64,000 bases of DNA, taken from the NCBI GenBank assembly GCA_036172245.1, contig JAYWIR010000001.1, positions 8,122,001 through 8,186,000 on the forward strand, in the 5' to 3' direction. Shown here in pieces: positions 12,705-25,979 of the stretch. Both the position numbers and the translations under genes were made by a program. How positions within the stretch are numbered: the first letter of the stretch is position 1; every line of letters starts with the position of its first letter. The DNA comes from Raillietiella orientalis (taxonomy: Eukaryota). Below the pieces are notes generated by a model. The model made no database searches, was not told where the DNA came from, and worked only from the letters and a program-made list of their open reading frames with translations.

Positions 12705-13900
12705 AGGCTCTTGTCGCTTCAACGTCTCCTGTCCTCCTCTCTTCGTCTGAAAAAAAAAAAAAAATGTACCTTCCGCGTTCCAAGAGGTCCTCTCTCCTAC
12801 CTTCACGAGCCGGAACGGTGGCTCTGTAGGCCCTTGCAGACCTTCCAGTTGGTCCGGAAGGATAGAGCTCCGGCTGCTGCTACCCCCGACAGCATGAAGC
12901 CGTATTCCTCCTTGGCTTCCCCCCCCCCCCCCCGGAGGAATCCTTCCCCAGGATTCGACCATCACCATCGCTATCTGGTATGGCAAATCCACAAGCGAAA
13001 GCAACAGAGGCATCGGACAAACCATGGGAGTCACCCATCGCCTGGTGCCGCCGAATCCAGGCCGATGCTAACGTCCTCACGCCGAAGAGGAACACCGTCC
13101 TTCGCGATGGGATCATTCCACAGGCGGTTCAACAGACGAGCGAAGCGAGGACACACCGCAAGACAATTTTTTTTCTTCTGCTGTCATTTTGTATCCACAA
13201 AATCCCTGATCGCACCCAAGGACCCACGCAATCCGGGTGACGCTTTCTAGTTTCGGGACACTTGCTCAGCACCGAAATTGCTGAACAGCCCCAGCGTTCG
13301 CATGCCGGAACACAAGAGCAATCACGAAAGCAAAACAAGAACCGGCGCACTGCTCACGAAACTGCACTTTTCTGCAATTCTCTTTTCCTCTTCTACTCTT
13401 CTTTCTCTATTTCTCTTGGATTCTCTTTGGTGCTTAAACGGACGCTTTCCCTTGCCTTTCCGAGGAATTTTTCTCGTCGAGGTCCTCCTCCAGCCTCTCG
13501 TGCTCTTCGTTCGACAGCCATTCATGCTTCCATCCCACTCCTGTTCTTTTACTACGCTTCCCCTCCTCCTTTCCCTTAAACGGTTCACATCTTCCTGTTC
13601 TTCCCCTCATCTTTGTCCTCCACCTTCTTCTGCTCCTCCTTCCAATGGCTGCCTTGACCAGTCATCAACAAGTGGAAGTGAATCTCACAGAATGGGTTTT
13701 TCGGGATGCGGAGGGTCCCATCCTCTTTTGAAACTTTCCGTATTCATGTGTGCTTTGAGTATAGGCTTCCCAAGTGCGTACGGATGCATTCAACGTACGT
13801 GCATGTTCCAGCGACTGTACGTCTTTTTCTTTGCGTTTCCTTTCTCCGCTGTAAACATGGCTGCGTTCACCCGAGAATTCCCTTGCAAGTTGATCTACCT
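12705..13900 (+). mobile_element. Diverged repeat, possibly internally deleted CR1/L2-type LINE
   Basis: Colinear inverted homolog of 6240-7450. ERWLCRP..FQLVRKDR is APE-like; PWPVINKW..SF..F resembles CR1/L2 C-terminal I..WN.L. Confidence 0.5.
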
Positions 13901-16099
13901 GCAGTTTCATGGGTGTGGACAAGCACACATTGCTTCCACGTTCGTCATTCGTGATGTTCTCCACATGCACCTCCTATCATGGAAAACAAACGACTGATTT
14001 ATTCCCTGTCTCCCACGAGAATTCAGTCTGCTTTCCAAGTGCTTTACGATTCCCTCTTTATCTTCCTTCTTCCTTAGACGCAGCATGAAGAAACACTTCG
14101 TCATCCGCACCGCATTATTATTCCACTTCTTTTTGACCCGTCTCTTCTGCAATTCCATCCCATCCACACAACCCTATTCTTCATTTCCCTCTATGCAAAT
14201 TCTGTTGTCAGCAGCATCAACAGAAATCACAGTTGTCATGATAAACGCCACCTTCTCCCCCTTTCAGTCACTTTGCCCTCTTCGCACCATTCTGTCTTCC
14301 TTCATCCATCATTCTGGTCCAATCATCTCGACGTTCACGGCCCCCCTCATTGGTACCTAAAGCCGCTTTACCGTGGCTCTCGAAATCGCATCGAAGGCCC
14401 TGGACGCTCCCAGTGCAAGAAGCAGTGGTTCAAGCAGTTTTCGGTTCATCTTCATGCGAGTCGTCCATATGCAATGAAAGCCCTCCCATGAGCAAATGCC
14501 GGGGTTCGTTCCAAAGGGGAATTCCTCGCTGTTGGCTCATGAGGAAGAAAGAAAAGAGTGGTTTCTTTGCAAACAGAGGAGCGCCCGGAACTTGCTCCCC
14601 AAAGTGTTCGTGCATGCATTTCAACCATTGCGAAAGGAAGTCGGCAGCGTACAGGCGTTGGGAGAAGCCAACTCTTCACTTCCAAATGGGGACAGAGCGG
14701 GATGCTTAGATGTGGAACGGTTGGGCTTGCCAGATAACCTGCATGTTCGCAGAGAGGGAGCAGATGGTGTTTCTCTTTTTTCCAGCTTAGAAATCATAAC
14801 CATTATGAGTTGCTCACTTTGAATTCGTTGGTTGAGATACAACGTCAAACCTTCTGCGTCGTAGGTGTCTGCCGAGAGCAACTTGCAAAGAAGCTGCTTG
14901 TGAGGATCGCTGCGTACAAGAAGGAAGAAGAGCGGATACCTGGAAAGTACCAGGAGCACATTCGTGCTCAGTAGGGATGCAATGCATCCAGTGGAAGGCG
15001 ACGGACATTGGCGGCGGAACACTGCGGTCGATACGTTTCTCTGCTGCACACGGACGCTAATTGGTGCCGCATCATCATTTGTCACATTGGTGGAGACCAT
15101 CAGATTCGCATCGACATCCGACCGGACTCTGCCTGAATGTTCTTTGTTTTTTTTTCTTGGCGGCTTTGTTCTGCAGTCCGCATCCGCCGAACTGAGGGGC
15201 AGTGCTGCAGCTCAGTGGCTGCGGGTGGGAGCGTTGCACGCCATAGGGAAGGCGTGAAAGGAGGCGAAGACGGAGTTGGCCATCTCCTTGGGTAGTTGGC
15301 CATCTCCAACGAGCTCTCACTCGTCGGGACTCGTCTCACACATCGTTGTTGATTGCGTCATTTTCTTGCTCCCTCTGTGTTGTTCTGTGGTGTTGCAGCA
15401 TTACCGGAAGGACAACTTTTTCGAAATGTTTCGATTTCTTCGGAGGAAGCAATGCTGTCGGACTGATGGCTTTTGTTTTTCTTCAGCCCACTTGGTGAAG
15501 GTCACTGTAGATGAGATAGCTTTCATGTTTTCCACTCGGAGAGACCCATTGGCTCCTCTGTTTGGTGTTGTGCGCCTTCGTGAATTCAACATTTGTTTCT
15601 CTCATTCAACATTTTTTTTTGAGGCTATTCCATTTTCTTCTAAGGTTTTTTTTGGCTCCCTTATGGATGTGCTCGGTGGACATTCTGTGTTCATGCAGAG
15701 TGCACAGCTCAATTCCTTGTTTTTCTTGCTGTTACGTGAGCCCACGCTGAGGACCTATTTGATTTTGGTTACTTCGTGCTGGCGATTTCACTTTTTGGTA
15801 TGCTGCCGGACGTATGTCTGACTGCTGGTTGCGAACAACATTCTTTTTCCAATTTTTTTCTTCGCAGTTTCTTTCTGTGCCTCATCCTTTTGCCCATCTC
15901 TTTATTCCCCTTTCCTCCGTCTCACGTATGGATTTGTTTGTAGATATTTGCTTTGTCGATATTTGTCGGATATTCTCAAGACACCTGCTTTTTGCGCTGG
16001 GCATATCTTCTCTATGTAGAAAGGCGGATTTTAAGACAATTCCCGCTCGCGAAATCTTCTGAAGGCAGTACACGGTGGGTGGTGTCTTTCTTGAGGTGA

Positions 16100-17450
16100 C
16101 TTTCGGATCTCCAGCAGTGCTTCGTTCCCGAAGGACTGGTGTGTTGCGCATTCGGACGGATTAGCACGAATGCTGCAGCGGAGAAGGAGCTTGGAAAATC
16201 AGAGGAGATCGTCTGGGAAACCTTCGAATCTGACCGGTGTAACGGCGACCTTCGTCTCTGGGTACCAGAGAGGAGTGCCGAAGAGCAATTGAGAAATTGA
16301 GCATTTTGCGGAAAGTTTGATCTGAAAATCGAAACTGCTGCGTGAGAACGTGAGTCGTAAGTCACGTCCAGCATCGCAATTATTTCGACTCGAGGTGTGG
16401 TACATGGGAGAAATTTCTCTCCCGAAACCATCTTCGGAAACAGGTGCGGTGAAGTACGAGCAGCTTACCTTGGCTGCATGAAGTGGAGCGCCGTCGAAGG
16501 AAGGACAGCACGGACAGATCGCAAGTAAGGTCCGAGGACGCAGATCGGTTATTTCGTTGTCCGTCTCAATTGGTTTCGAATTTGAAAGAGAGCTGTACAC
16601 AATTCGGATGTGGAAAGCTTCTGGATCGAAGAAGCGGATAAGAGCTAAAGAGCTTGGACAGCAAGAGTCCCACTGAAAAATGCACACCATCGGAAGGGGT
16701 GTCTCCTGGTTTGCTCCGAATTGTTTCCGCCGTGCACAGTAATCTTCACACAATCAAGCAGTATCAACGCAAACTCAACTGTCGTGTTCAACCACAACTG
16801 CTGGCAGACTATCAGCGAAGTTTTCCAACAACCACCGTTTCAAATCTGCTTCTTAATCAAAGTTACAAACTATGAGCTTCATTTAACCTTTCAAAAGCTC
16901 CGCGCATGTTATGTTAGATAAATGGAAGGAACCAAATGGACTTTAGCGCTTCATCTAGACCTTTGCAAGGATTTCCGTGACAACTGCGAAAAGTGCCGTT
17001 CCCACCCCGGGGAAGAGATCACTCAAAATCCCATTTCAGCTGATTTCCTTCCTACCATCCGTGAAGCAGCACAAACTCGATGCTTGAAAAGGGGTTTGCA
17101 AGGGGTTTCTCCCTCCAGCCGTCCAGCCAGAGAGCGTCGTGTGTCCTTATATGATGATAATATGATATGGGTACTGCCGCACGTTCCATTCGTGAAGTGG
17201 ATAAGCCCTTCTTATGGGTCTTCTTTTGAGACCACTTCTTGTTGAACCGTGCAGATAACAGCGCTCCGATGATTTTTCAAGTGACAACGGTTCCTCTTCT
17301 GAACGCGGACACGAGCATGGGATTCGCCCGTGAGATGAGGGTATCTCAGATTTCCATGTTACCCGCGTGTCAGTGTCCCTTCGTCATTGCTAAAAGTCTG
17401 CACGTGTCATCTGAACAGCTGAGCTGCATGAAAAGACCACCACGGACTGC
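16100..17450 (+). mobile_element. Ty3/gypsy-like LTR retrotransposon relic (RNase H to integrase)
   Basis: CAFGRIST..AEKEL...IVW (RNase H), W..HLDLCKDFRDNCEKC (integrase zinc finger), YDDNMIWV..P, SDNG (agtgacaacggt at 17280), FAREMRV. No LTRs recognised. Confidence 0.55.
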
Positions 17451-18559
17451 TCACGCGATGGCTTCCGAACAGGCGAGATGAGCGTTGTGGTAAGAATTTT
17501 GCTGAGCGCCGAACAGCTCCAACAGAACAGACGGATTGCCGGAAGTCCTTTCGAACAGCGACTTCTGACACCAACCTACGAGGTGGAAGCGTCAACTCTG
17601 TTGCTTTCTTCAAGCACAAGGACTTCAGTAGAGGTTGAACATGTCCTTGTCTGTTCGTTCCTTACTGCGGGACGAGGCGTCCTGGCGCTCGGGCAGTTCG
17701 TGGGAAAGATCGGCTCGTGACACGCAACAAAGGGGCAGAAGGATGCTCACTGATAATCATGAGGTAATGATGGGTAATAGTCAGTAGCGGAAAGATATTA
17801 TACCCCATTTCAGAAGTATGATTGATGAAATGTTTGGAGATAGAACAGAGGGGAAGGAATGGAAAATGATACGGATGAATAGGAAAAGGATACGGACGAC
17901 GCTGCTTGAACGAGGCATTTTGTTGTAGAAAGTGTTGAAAATAGAATGGCTGGAGGTGGAATGATAGAATGTTGAAATGTTGAAACGATGGTGTGCGCGC
18001 CATCGGGCTCTTGTCGAGATCGCTCCCGCCGGTCGAAACCTTTGTCGGCATTCGTCGTAGGGTGTCGTAGGGCCGCCTCTCCACGCTCGGCACGAGCGCC
18101 AATCTGACCGTCTCCGGCGAAGCATCGCGGAATGGAGATCGGGATGCCCCCGTTCGCTGGGAGGCTGGAGGAGTCAGGTGAGGAGCGCACTGCATCGGAG
18201 ATGCCGATGAAGTATGGTTTTCGTGAGCGAAAAAGAGCGCTCGACGGACACCCCCCGCCCCCCCTCCGCCCCATCCACTCCGGCATGAAGCACTGCTCCG
18301 AGTTCGGCCGAGAGCGAGCGGCCGGAAAAGCCAACAATGTGTGGCGTGGACAGAACCGATTGGTGGAAACGTGGAAGCCGCCATGGCAACGCGGCGCCGA
18401 ATGTTCTCGCTTTGCGCTGTCTCAACGAGGAAGCTCCGCTGCAGAGAAGAGAGTGCTCGGGAGAATTTCCGGAGTGCTGTGCCTTTGGAGCCTTCAGGTC
18501 CTTTCCCAGCCCACGGGATGTCTTTCATGCTGTTTTCAAACCTCCGCAAGCGCTACTGC

Positions 18560-19000
18560 ATCTGAATACTTTCACCACTGTAGCAAGGAATTACGTGAAG
18601 GAATAAATTTACGTGAAGCAATTTTCTGTGTACAGAAAAATGTCGATAACGAGGACGGACCGCAATGTCCCATCGTTTCGAGAGCCTCCTGATCAGCTTC
18701 CTCCGATGACGTTGCTTGTTCTGTTGTCATGCCATTTTGCTCCTTGAAATGGAGTACATCACTCTTACACAGTTCCACAATGTTCGTCGTCACAACGAAG
18801 TTACCAAAAACCGTTGATAAAGTCATCGAATTCATGAATTCCCAAGGCGAGCACTCTTCCTTTGAATCTTTAAAATCAATCAACTTCGACATCGAAGAGC
18901 AAAGCTAAATAAGAAACGGGATCCATATCTTCAGAGTAAAATGTTCAAGGTCATGGACTAAGGTTCAATCGACCGCTAATGTCGCAGTTTTTCAGGCATT
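18560..19000 (-). mobile_element. Penelope-like RT relic
   Basis: LALLFDVEV and FVVTTNIV..HFKEQNGMT..S..AD resemble PLE LVSFDV and L..N.F....Y.Q..G.AMG...S..A. Confidence 0.4.
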
Positions 19001-19224
19001 GATTGCCTCTAATAGCTGTCTCGACAAATGTCTCAACAAATTACAAACTTTATGCGAGCGGATGCGAGAGTCGCTTAGTTCTAAACTCAGCTGCATGGTA
19101 GCCGAGTTTAATTTCTGACTCAGTAGTCAGTAGTGCTTTTCTGTTTCTCGAGGCTGGTGTCATCCACTAAGTTACATGCTCCAGGAAAGAAATGATATGA
19201 ATTGTGAGATTGCATTTCCAGAAG

Positions 19225-19636
19225 CCACGTGGCCACAGAGCTTCCATTTGGTGAGCACATCTCACCTGGAAGAAGAAGCCAAGGAGATCACCGGCATCCA
19301 CCGCCGCTTCATGGACGGCTTAGAACTGCGGACCCGGTGATCCCTGTCCCCTCTCTCCCTCCCTTTACTGTTTTTCTGGTTCCCCATCTCCATTCGCTCC
19401 GTAACTTTCCCGATTCTTTTTGTTTTGTTCCCGATACTCACGGAGCGATACCAAAGATCCCTTCCCACCCAGGATGTTTATTTTTGTCGTCCTCCTGTCC
19501 TTCCTCCGTTCTGGACTATGTTGTCTCGGCTTCCGTGCCGGTGGATCCTCGCTTTTAGATGTAGTCGCGAGTTGGGAACAAAAGTTCCCAACTGGCTTAT
19601 TTTCAATAAACGCCCTCGCATGATCGGGTAAAAAAA
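19225..19636 (+). mobile_element. L1/Tx1 extreme 3' end
   Basis: Homologous to 12170-12570; ends aataaacgccctcgcatgatcgggtaaaaaaa. Confidence 0.75.
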
Positions 19637-19789
19637 TTTTAATCGCCGTCTGATGGAACAGAATTCCTCTATTCCAAGGCGGACCATGGATGAGAACCTG
19701 CTTTTCGTGTGCACCTGAATGCAGTTGCAGAAATGTGTAGCGCAGCGAAGCCGGGCAGCGGAAAAGCTAGCTGCTGCAGGCAAGCTTAA

Positions 19790-21950
19790 CAGACGTAGAC
19801 GACAAGAGAGAGCGCTGGGTGCCTTGGCAATCGCGGTCGATCTCCACAAGTCGTTCGACTGAGTCGACCAGCACGTACTTTTGCGATTGTTTGGAACGCC
19901 TTGTTCTCCAGGCGCAACTCTTAGCCTACCTGCTCCTCTTGCTGGCTCCACGCGCTGATCTACATTTTTTTAAATGGCTGTCACGTGTAAGGTATTCTCG
20001 TGCGCAGGGGCATCAGGCACGGCAGCGGCCTGATCCCTCTGCTCTCTAGCAACTTTTCCGAGGTGGTGCTGAGAGCGTACAGGCCGACGCAGGCTCATCT
20101 ACCCAGATCTAGCCCGAGCACGCCAGCCGTGGTCGCCATTGTGGACGGTCTGCTTCTCCTACTACTCATGTCCACCCCGGCCTCCTGCCTCGAGAAATTC
20201 TTCGAGCTGATTTGCCGAGGAGCGGGCGTGCGCGTCAACAGGAGCAAAAGCGTGGTCGTTACCGTAGGTGCGACGTGGGAGAAGTGGTTTCACTAGATCC
20301 ACCTGGGGATCATCACGGACAAGTACTTCAAGTCCCTTGGCGTGCCGTTGGGCAACCTTGGCGCTGCCGGAGCGTGGTTGGACTGCTTTCAGAAGCAGAG
20401 TTGGTTCTGGGCCCGTTCTTCCATGGCAAGCTCAACTTGCGGAAAGGACCGCAAATCGGAACAGCTTCCTAGTCCTCCTCCTCCTCCTCCTCCTCCCGTT
20501 TTTTTGTTCGAACGTCCTCCTACGAGGCGAGGCAGCGTGTTCACCGCCTGCTCGGGAATGCTCTGTGGGGACCGGCAAGGTCTAGGATGCCCTCAAAGAC
20601 TTAGCGACTCCGCATCGGGATGCTGGCGTAGGCATCCTGACGTTGGAGCGAATCGGGCTCCAAGTGTAGTTTCCAATGCTGGTGCTCTGTGAGAAGCTGT
20701 GGACTTCCTTACTGTGTGCATCAGCACGCATTATCATGCGGAGCTTCGCCGGCGGCGAAGCAATGCTCTCGATGGTGCCTAACACCCTAAGAGCAAGCGG
20801 GAATTCGACTTTCTCCGGTGGAAACGCAGTGATAAATCTCCTGCCGCCCCCCCGGAGAACTTTATTGCCTGGGAGCAGGAGGTTGTCGAGTCCTGGGAGG
20901 TATTTCAGGAAACGTGGCCTAAGCATGTTTGCCCCCTGCGACTCTTTCACGACCTTTGGAAGTGGTGATGCAAGATAGAGTAAAGTGGTCGGCTCCGGCC
21001 GTCACAGTCTTTGCCGCAGCGCTCGCCCCGAGGACAAGAGACGATAGTAGTCCACTTGCGAGGTTGAAGTTTTTTCCTGCACCATCGCGGGAAAAAAACA
21101 AACTCCTTGGCGGCTGAGAGACACGCGGGCTGGTGGATGCTGCCACTGTGCTTCGCGTGCTTTGACGACGGGACTTCTTCGGTGGAGCGAATGTTTGCGT
21201 GCTGACTCTGAAGAAACTGTGCTCCTTCCCCATTGTTTACACACTGCAGTGTTCCCTTTTTCCTCAAAAAGGGGCCTTGCTACTTTTTCTTCACGAAGGA
21301 TTCCAATGCAGCGAGAGGCAGCACCGCGTTTCCGCAGGTACTGCATCCCCGAATTGTGCCAGATGCGGCCGGCAGAGTTGATGACGCCGAACTTGCTTTC
21401 GAACTGCGGTGTCCTCCGGGAACTGTGGCGAAGGCTGACAACAGCACTCCGTGACCCGGAGAACACCACAAAAGATGTGTTGCGACGGTTCTTCGCGGCA
21501 GGGGGACTTCCGATGGGCTTAGTCAGTGCAACCATGGGTTGCATCCGTGCCACAGTTATGGCCCACCATGTGCTCGACACGAGCACGCAGCGAAAGCAGG
21601 TCACCAGGATGCCAACCGCCTACATGAGGACAGCTTCAAGGTGGTTTCATCTGAATCAAGAAGTTGAGGAGATTGCCGGCTTCCAGAGAAACAGAAACGG
21701 CGGACACCAATGAGCCCGGTCTGCTGCCTTCCTTAATTTATTCATTTATTTTTTTCATATTCCTTATCTCTTTTCGCTCCATAACTTCCCCGGTGTTTGC
21801 GTTTTTATTCGATGAACACGGAACGAACTTCATGATCCCTGCCCAATCCCAGCGCATTGAGTTTTTTTGTTGTGTTCCGATCATCTAACCCTTTCCGGAC
21901 TTTTCGTTACCCCGGCATGCGTGTCGGTGGACCCTCCCCTTGAAGTTCTT
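19790..21950 (+). mobile_element. L1/Tx1 RT to 3' UTR, decayed
   Basis: VDLHKSFD*VD, RGIRHGSGLIPLL, AIVDGLLLLL, VNRSKS, HRDAGVGIL, NLLSNCGVLRELWRRL. Confidence 0.88.
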
Positions 21951-21959
21951 ACGTCTTCA

Positions 21960-23034
21960 GTCAAGAACTTGGTCCCCAACTGGTTTGCACAATGAACCCC
22001 CTGGCGTGACTAGGTGAAAGAATTCAACCTCCACCTGCTGCCAGGTGTGCCGACTGGAGAGCGAGACCGTATCTACGAAGTGTGCGCAGCGATGCACGAG
22101 CGCAAACTGTTGGCCGAGAACTCCGAGTCGGAGGATGGTTTCCACCACGTCTTCCTCGACCGACACCTGTGCCGACGGGTGTCTTGAAGAGGCAAGTCGA
22201 GATTCCTGTTGAACGAACACTCCCGGATCAAGCTTGAGGTTCGGCCGCGTGACAAGGGTCCCCTTTCTCATGCATGGCATCTTTCGGGAGCTTCTCACGG
22301 TCGTTGCGACCCCGAGTGTCTGACCGAAAGGAGTATTGCGCTGGGATGAGTTGCAAGGACTCCCGCAGGAGACCTTGAGTGATCCTCAGTGCTGAAGAAC
22401 AACTGGGCCCTCCACCTGAAGTGGCAGGAGTCGGCACTTCTGCTGTAGCACTGGGTCCTCCTGAGCAGCGTCCGCTGGTCTCACTGGACATGAAGGGCTG
22501 TCAACCCAAACTGCTGCAGGTGCGGGAGACAAGAATCCCCTCTGCAACTGTTCGTTGACTGTTGCTTTCGGGCCCCTGTATTTGTGATTTGCAACGGCCC
22601 TATGCGCACAAATGGACAACCCCAGAGAAGTCTTTAAGACACCGTTCGTGCTCGATGCCCTTTCATGCTGCATCCCTAGTAGCTCTTTGCTGCCTACGCA
22701 GGATTGTGACGATCTGGTGCTTTGCACAAAAACGACGGCACGATAGGGGCACCATCCGCTTCGCCCTGCGCTTCCTGAGGACTGCAGCAAGATGGCCCCA
22801 GAAGAATGTTATCCCTTCCCTAACCCCCCCTCCATTTTTCGGTATATAGTGTTTTTTGTTTTTGCTTTCATTTTTGTTTGTCTCTTTCACCTTCTCTGCC
22901 CAGTCGAACATCGCGTCCTGCGTGCCGGTAACTCGGCAAGTTGGAAACACGTTGGAAGGCTGTAAGACCGAAAGCCCTACACTTTGTACATTTATTTTTC
23001 ATAATAAATGTCCCGGCACACCCGGGTTGATAAA
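21960..23034 (+). mobile_element. L1/Tx1 3' part
   Basis: Parallels 41000-42217 (gggccctccacctgaagtggcaggagtcggc; ALRFLRTAARW); terminal aataaatgtcccggcacacccgggttgataaa. Confidence 0.85.
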
Positions 23035-23099
23035 CTACGGAGCGATCCTCCGTCGCAGGGAACGTCTTGCGGCCTTACACCGTAATAAAGGTATTCAGC

Positions 23100-23780
23100 A
23101 AGCGTTGGGCTAGCACTGCATTCTTGCGGGTCAGCTCAACGTGCGGGCCCCAGGATCGCATGGGAAGGTCTTCATGGTCTTCTTTCGAGAATCTAAAATT
23201 GCTCAGCACCCTGGCGAAGCAGCGGGCATTGCATCCCACAGTCACACCACCTACAGGGAGAACTTGTTGCCCTGGGCCCGTTGAGCATTCGATTCGGCCA
23301 TGGCTGCCGCTGATGGTGCTGCAGTCACGGTGCTCCATTCTCTTGCTCCCGCATAGGATGATTTCGTAGGGGCTGATGCCCCCCACTTCCATTGCATCGG
23401 GACGCATCTCTTTTTTTCGACTTTGATCCTCCACGATAGGGATTCGAACCTTCAGCGCTTGACCAGACGCGCGAACACTGCGGTCGCACGGCCGCCAACC
23501 AAGGGTGTACCACGTGCCTTGCCTGCCCTGAGAACTGCCATTTGCAAGCTGTTGTCGTGCCTTGTGTTCTTGCTGATGCAGCCGCGGATGAGAATCCTGT
23601 TCTTCGAAACCGCTGCCTCTCCTACGGCGTTCCTCCGAGGAGCCAAAAAGCGGCGTCCTCCTGGGCGAGTCGCAATCCAGAATCTCCATCAGGCAGCGAA
23701 CCCGGGTTCGTTCCTTATGCTGAGATGTGCGCTTCAATGCTCGCAACAGATTATCGTTCCACCGGTGCCAAAATTATTTT
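23100..23780 (+). mobile_element. Old LINE RT N-terminal relic
   Basis: RALPALRTAICKLLSCLVFLLMQPRMRIL..PTAFLRG resembles RPI.LLN.DYKIL...L..RL...Q.GF..GR. Confidence 0.5.
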
Positions 23781-24329
23781 GGGAAATCGCCGACGCAGAT
23801 TCCAAAGAGTGGTAGAGGCAAGACAAAGAATGGGGAAAAAACAAACAAACGCACTTCTCGTTTCTCGGACTTGCCTTCCAGCCAGGCAGCGAACACCGCG
23901 AACATCCCGATCGAACGTTACTCCGCGTTTGTTTTTCGGACGATGAACAGGAGCTTTCTTCTTGAACCTTTTCTCGAATTAACAACTCCAGCAGTCGCCC
24001 TGTGGATTTCGCAGTCCATGTGCAGGAAGCGAGCGATTCTGCAATCTTGCTAAGGTAAGTGTCTGCAATGATGCAGGCAAAGTTGTATTTTTCCTTTTAG
24101 GGGGCTCTCTGAATGTCCAAAATGAAAGTGGAAACACGCCGAAACTTTTGCCATCGGCCCGCACATTCTGTTAGACGGATGAAGCAATCCCTTACCTGCC
24201 GACGTCGCGCGCGCCCGGGTTCAAGTCAGCTTGACAACACGTAAGAAAACAACTCAGTTATGTGACTCTGCAGGAGTCACATGACTGAGACTGAGACTGA
24301 GACTCTCGGATTTTCATCCAGCTGTCTCG

Positions 24330-24720
24330 GGATGTTTATTTGACAAAAAGAAAAAGGGGAGACACTGGAGACACTATTCCGGAAAGAGAAGCAAAACAAG
24401 CGAGCAAACAAACAATTTTCAAGGGGATGCGGGTAAAGCAGCATGCAGGTCCGGGGCTGTCCGAAGCGAAAGAAACGAAAGATAAATCGATAAAGAGAGG
24501 ATAGATACAGGGTTCGGAATGCTGCTCATATCCAACTTCTTGTTTAAGGTGAGACCAACTCGCAACCGTCCTCGTGGAGGAGGCTGCCGCGCGGGTCACC
24601 TCCCGATGCTGCGCCCGAGGCACCAAAACAAACGGCGGGCTGCGACGATGGCAGGAACACAACACGCGGCTGCAATCACGGCGTTTTCCTGGAGCTGTTC
24701 ACGGAGCGAGGAATCACGTC
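24330..24720 (-). mobile_element. L1/Tx1 3' end fragment
   Basis: AQHREVTRAAASSTRTVASWSHLKQEV parallels the 21590-21670 ORF2 end; T-rich UTR follows. Confidence 0.7.
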
Positions 24721-24949
24721 AGCAGATCCCTAGAGGCGTCCTTGGGTGGAGGGGCGCTCCAGCCATTCAGCACCAAAGTTTCTGGAAGACACTGCAGCTC
24801 ATCAACAGGCGCGAGAACGTGTCGGTGGAAGCATTTCTTAAACCGGGTGCCTATGCAGTTGCACTGGACACCCGAGTGCACAAACCGCAGGGCATCCTGT
24901 TTCCGCCTCAAGAGGAACGCAGATTGTTCAGACGAGGTTAATCGGAAGC

Positions 24950-25775
24950 AGCACCAGGAGGTTCCCTCCATCTCGAAGCAGTCTCTTGTGTTTTTAGGTA
25001 AAACAGTGACAACAACGCACCGCCAGGAGTCAAACTTGCAGAAATGAAGGAGTCGAGAAACTCCTTGTCGGCTGCAAGAAGAACGCGTCGGTGGTCGACC
25101 CCACTGCTCGTTCCTGGGCGAAACGACTCCTTTGGCGAAGCGTCCTTTTCTTTGCGTCTCCCGAAGAACTTGTGCTGGCCTGTTTGGAAGCACCTGCATG
25201 CTCCTATTTTGTTGGAAACTGAAGATCGCCGTGGCAACCAGCACAGACACCTGGTTTCCGGGGGAGTTGTCTCCCTGAACTGTTCCAGGTGCAGGGCGGC
25301 GATATCGTTCCCTCGCCTCTGGCTGGACTGCAGCGGTTTCGAGGGCATGTGGAGGCGACTCCCTTCGACGCTCCTTCACGCAGAGTGCACAGCTTCGGAC
25401 TTGCTGCGCCGCTTCTTCACGTGAGGCGGGATGACGTCAGGCGCCATGCCTGCGCGCCATCGTCGCATCCTGCTCAGCGATGGAATTTCGTTCGCAGCGA
25501 AAGCATCCTGTCAGCATGGTAGCCGTCCTAATTAGGAAGGCTGTAGGATGGGCTCACCTGCCCGAAGAATACCTCAGCGAGAACTCCACAATCCACAGCC
25601 ACATTTAGATAGAAGGAAGCTTTGAAATCAAAGACCACAATACCCCCTTTGTTTTGATTGTATTGTCCTCTCCTCCCTGATTTGCAGTTAATCTCTATTC
25701 CAACAAACGACCAAGCGTGTCCGCATGCAAACCTAAGGGATCCCTTTCCTTCATGACGCGCGGTGACCGTAACAA
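24950..25775 (+). mobile_element. L1/Tx1 3' part
   Basis: GVVSLNCSRCRAAISFPRLWLDCSGFEGMWRRL..DLLRRFF, a decayed zinc motif of the family. Confidence 0.78.
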
Positions 25776-25979
25776 TTCTGCGCGTTCAAGTCACCTAGAA
25801 GTTTGTTCGCCAGTGCAGTACTCTACCTTCCCTCTCTCCACAGCGATTAGCACCTGTCGTTTCTTGCCCTGAGGGCTCAAAACGCCGCGGCTAGGGGTGT
25901 GGCAGCTAGACGAGCCCACCTCATGCAGTCCTGAAGGACCTTTCCCAATGTAAGTTTGTGGAAAGAACGCAAAGCACAA

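Noticed and set aside
17662-18549. 295-aa minus-strand ORF and weak similarity of 18200-18400 to 51870-52030
   Set aside because: Low-complexity translation; the nucleotide similarity is too weak to call a repeat family by eye.
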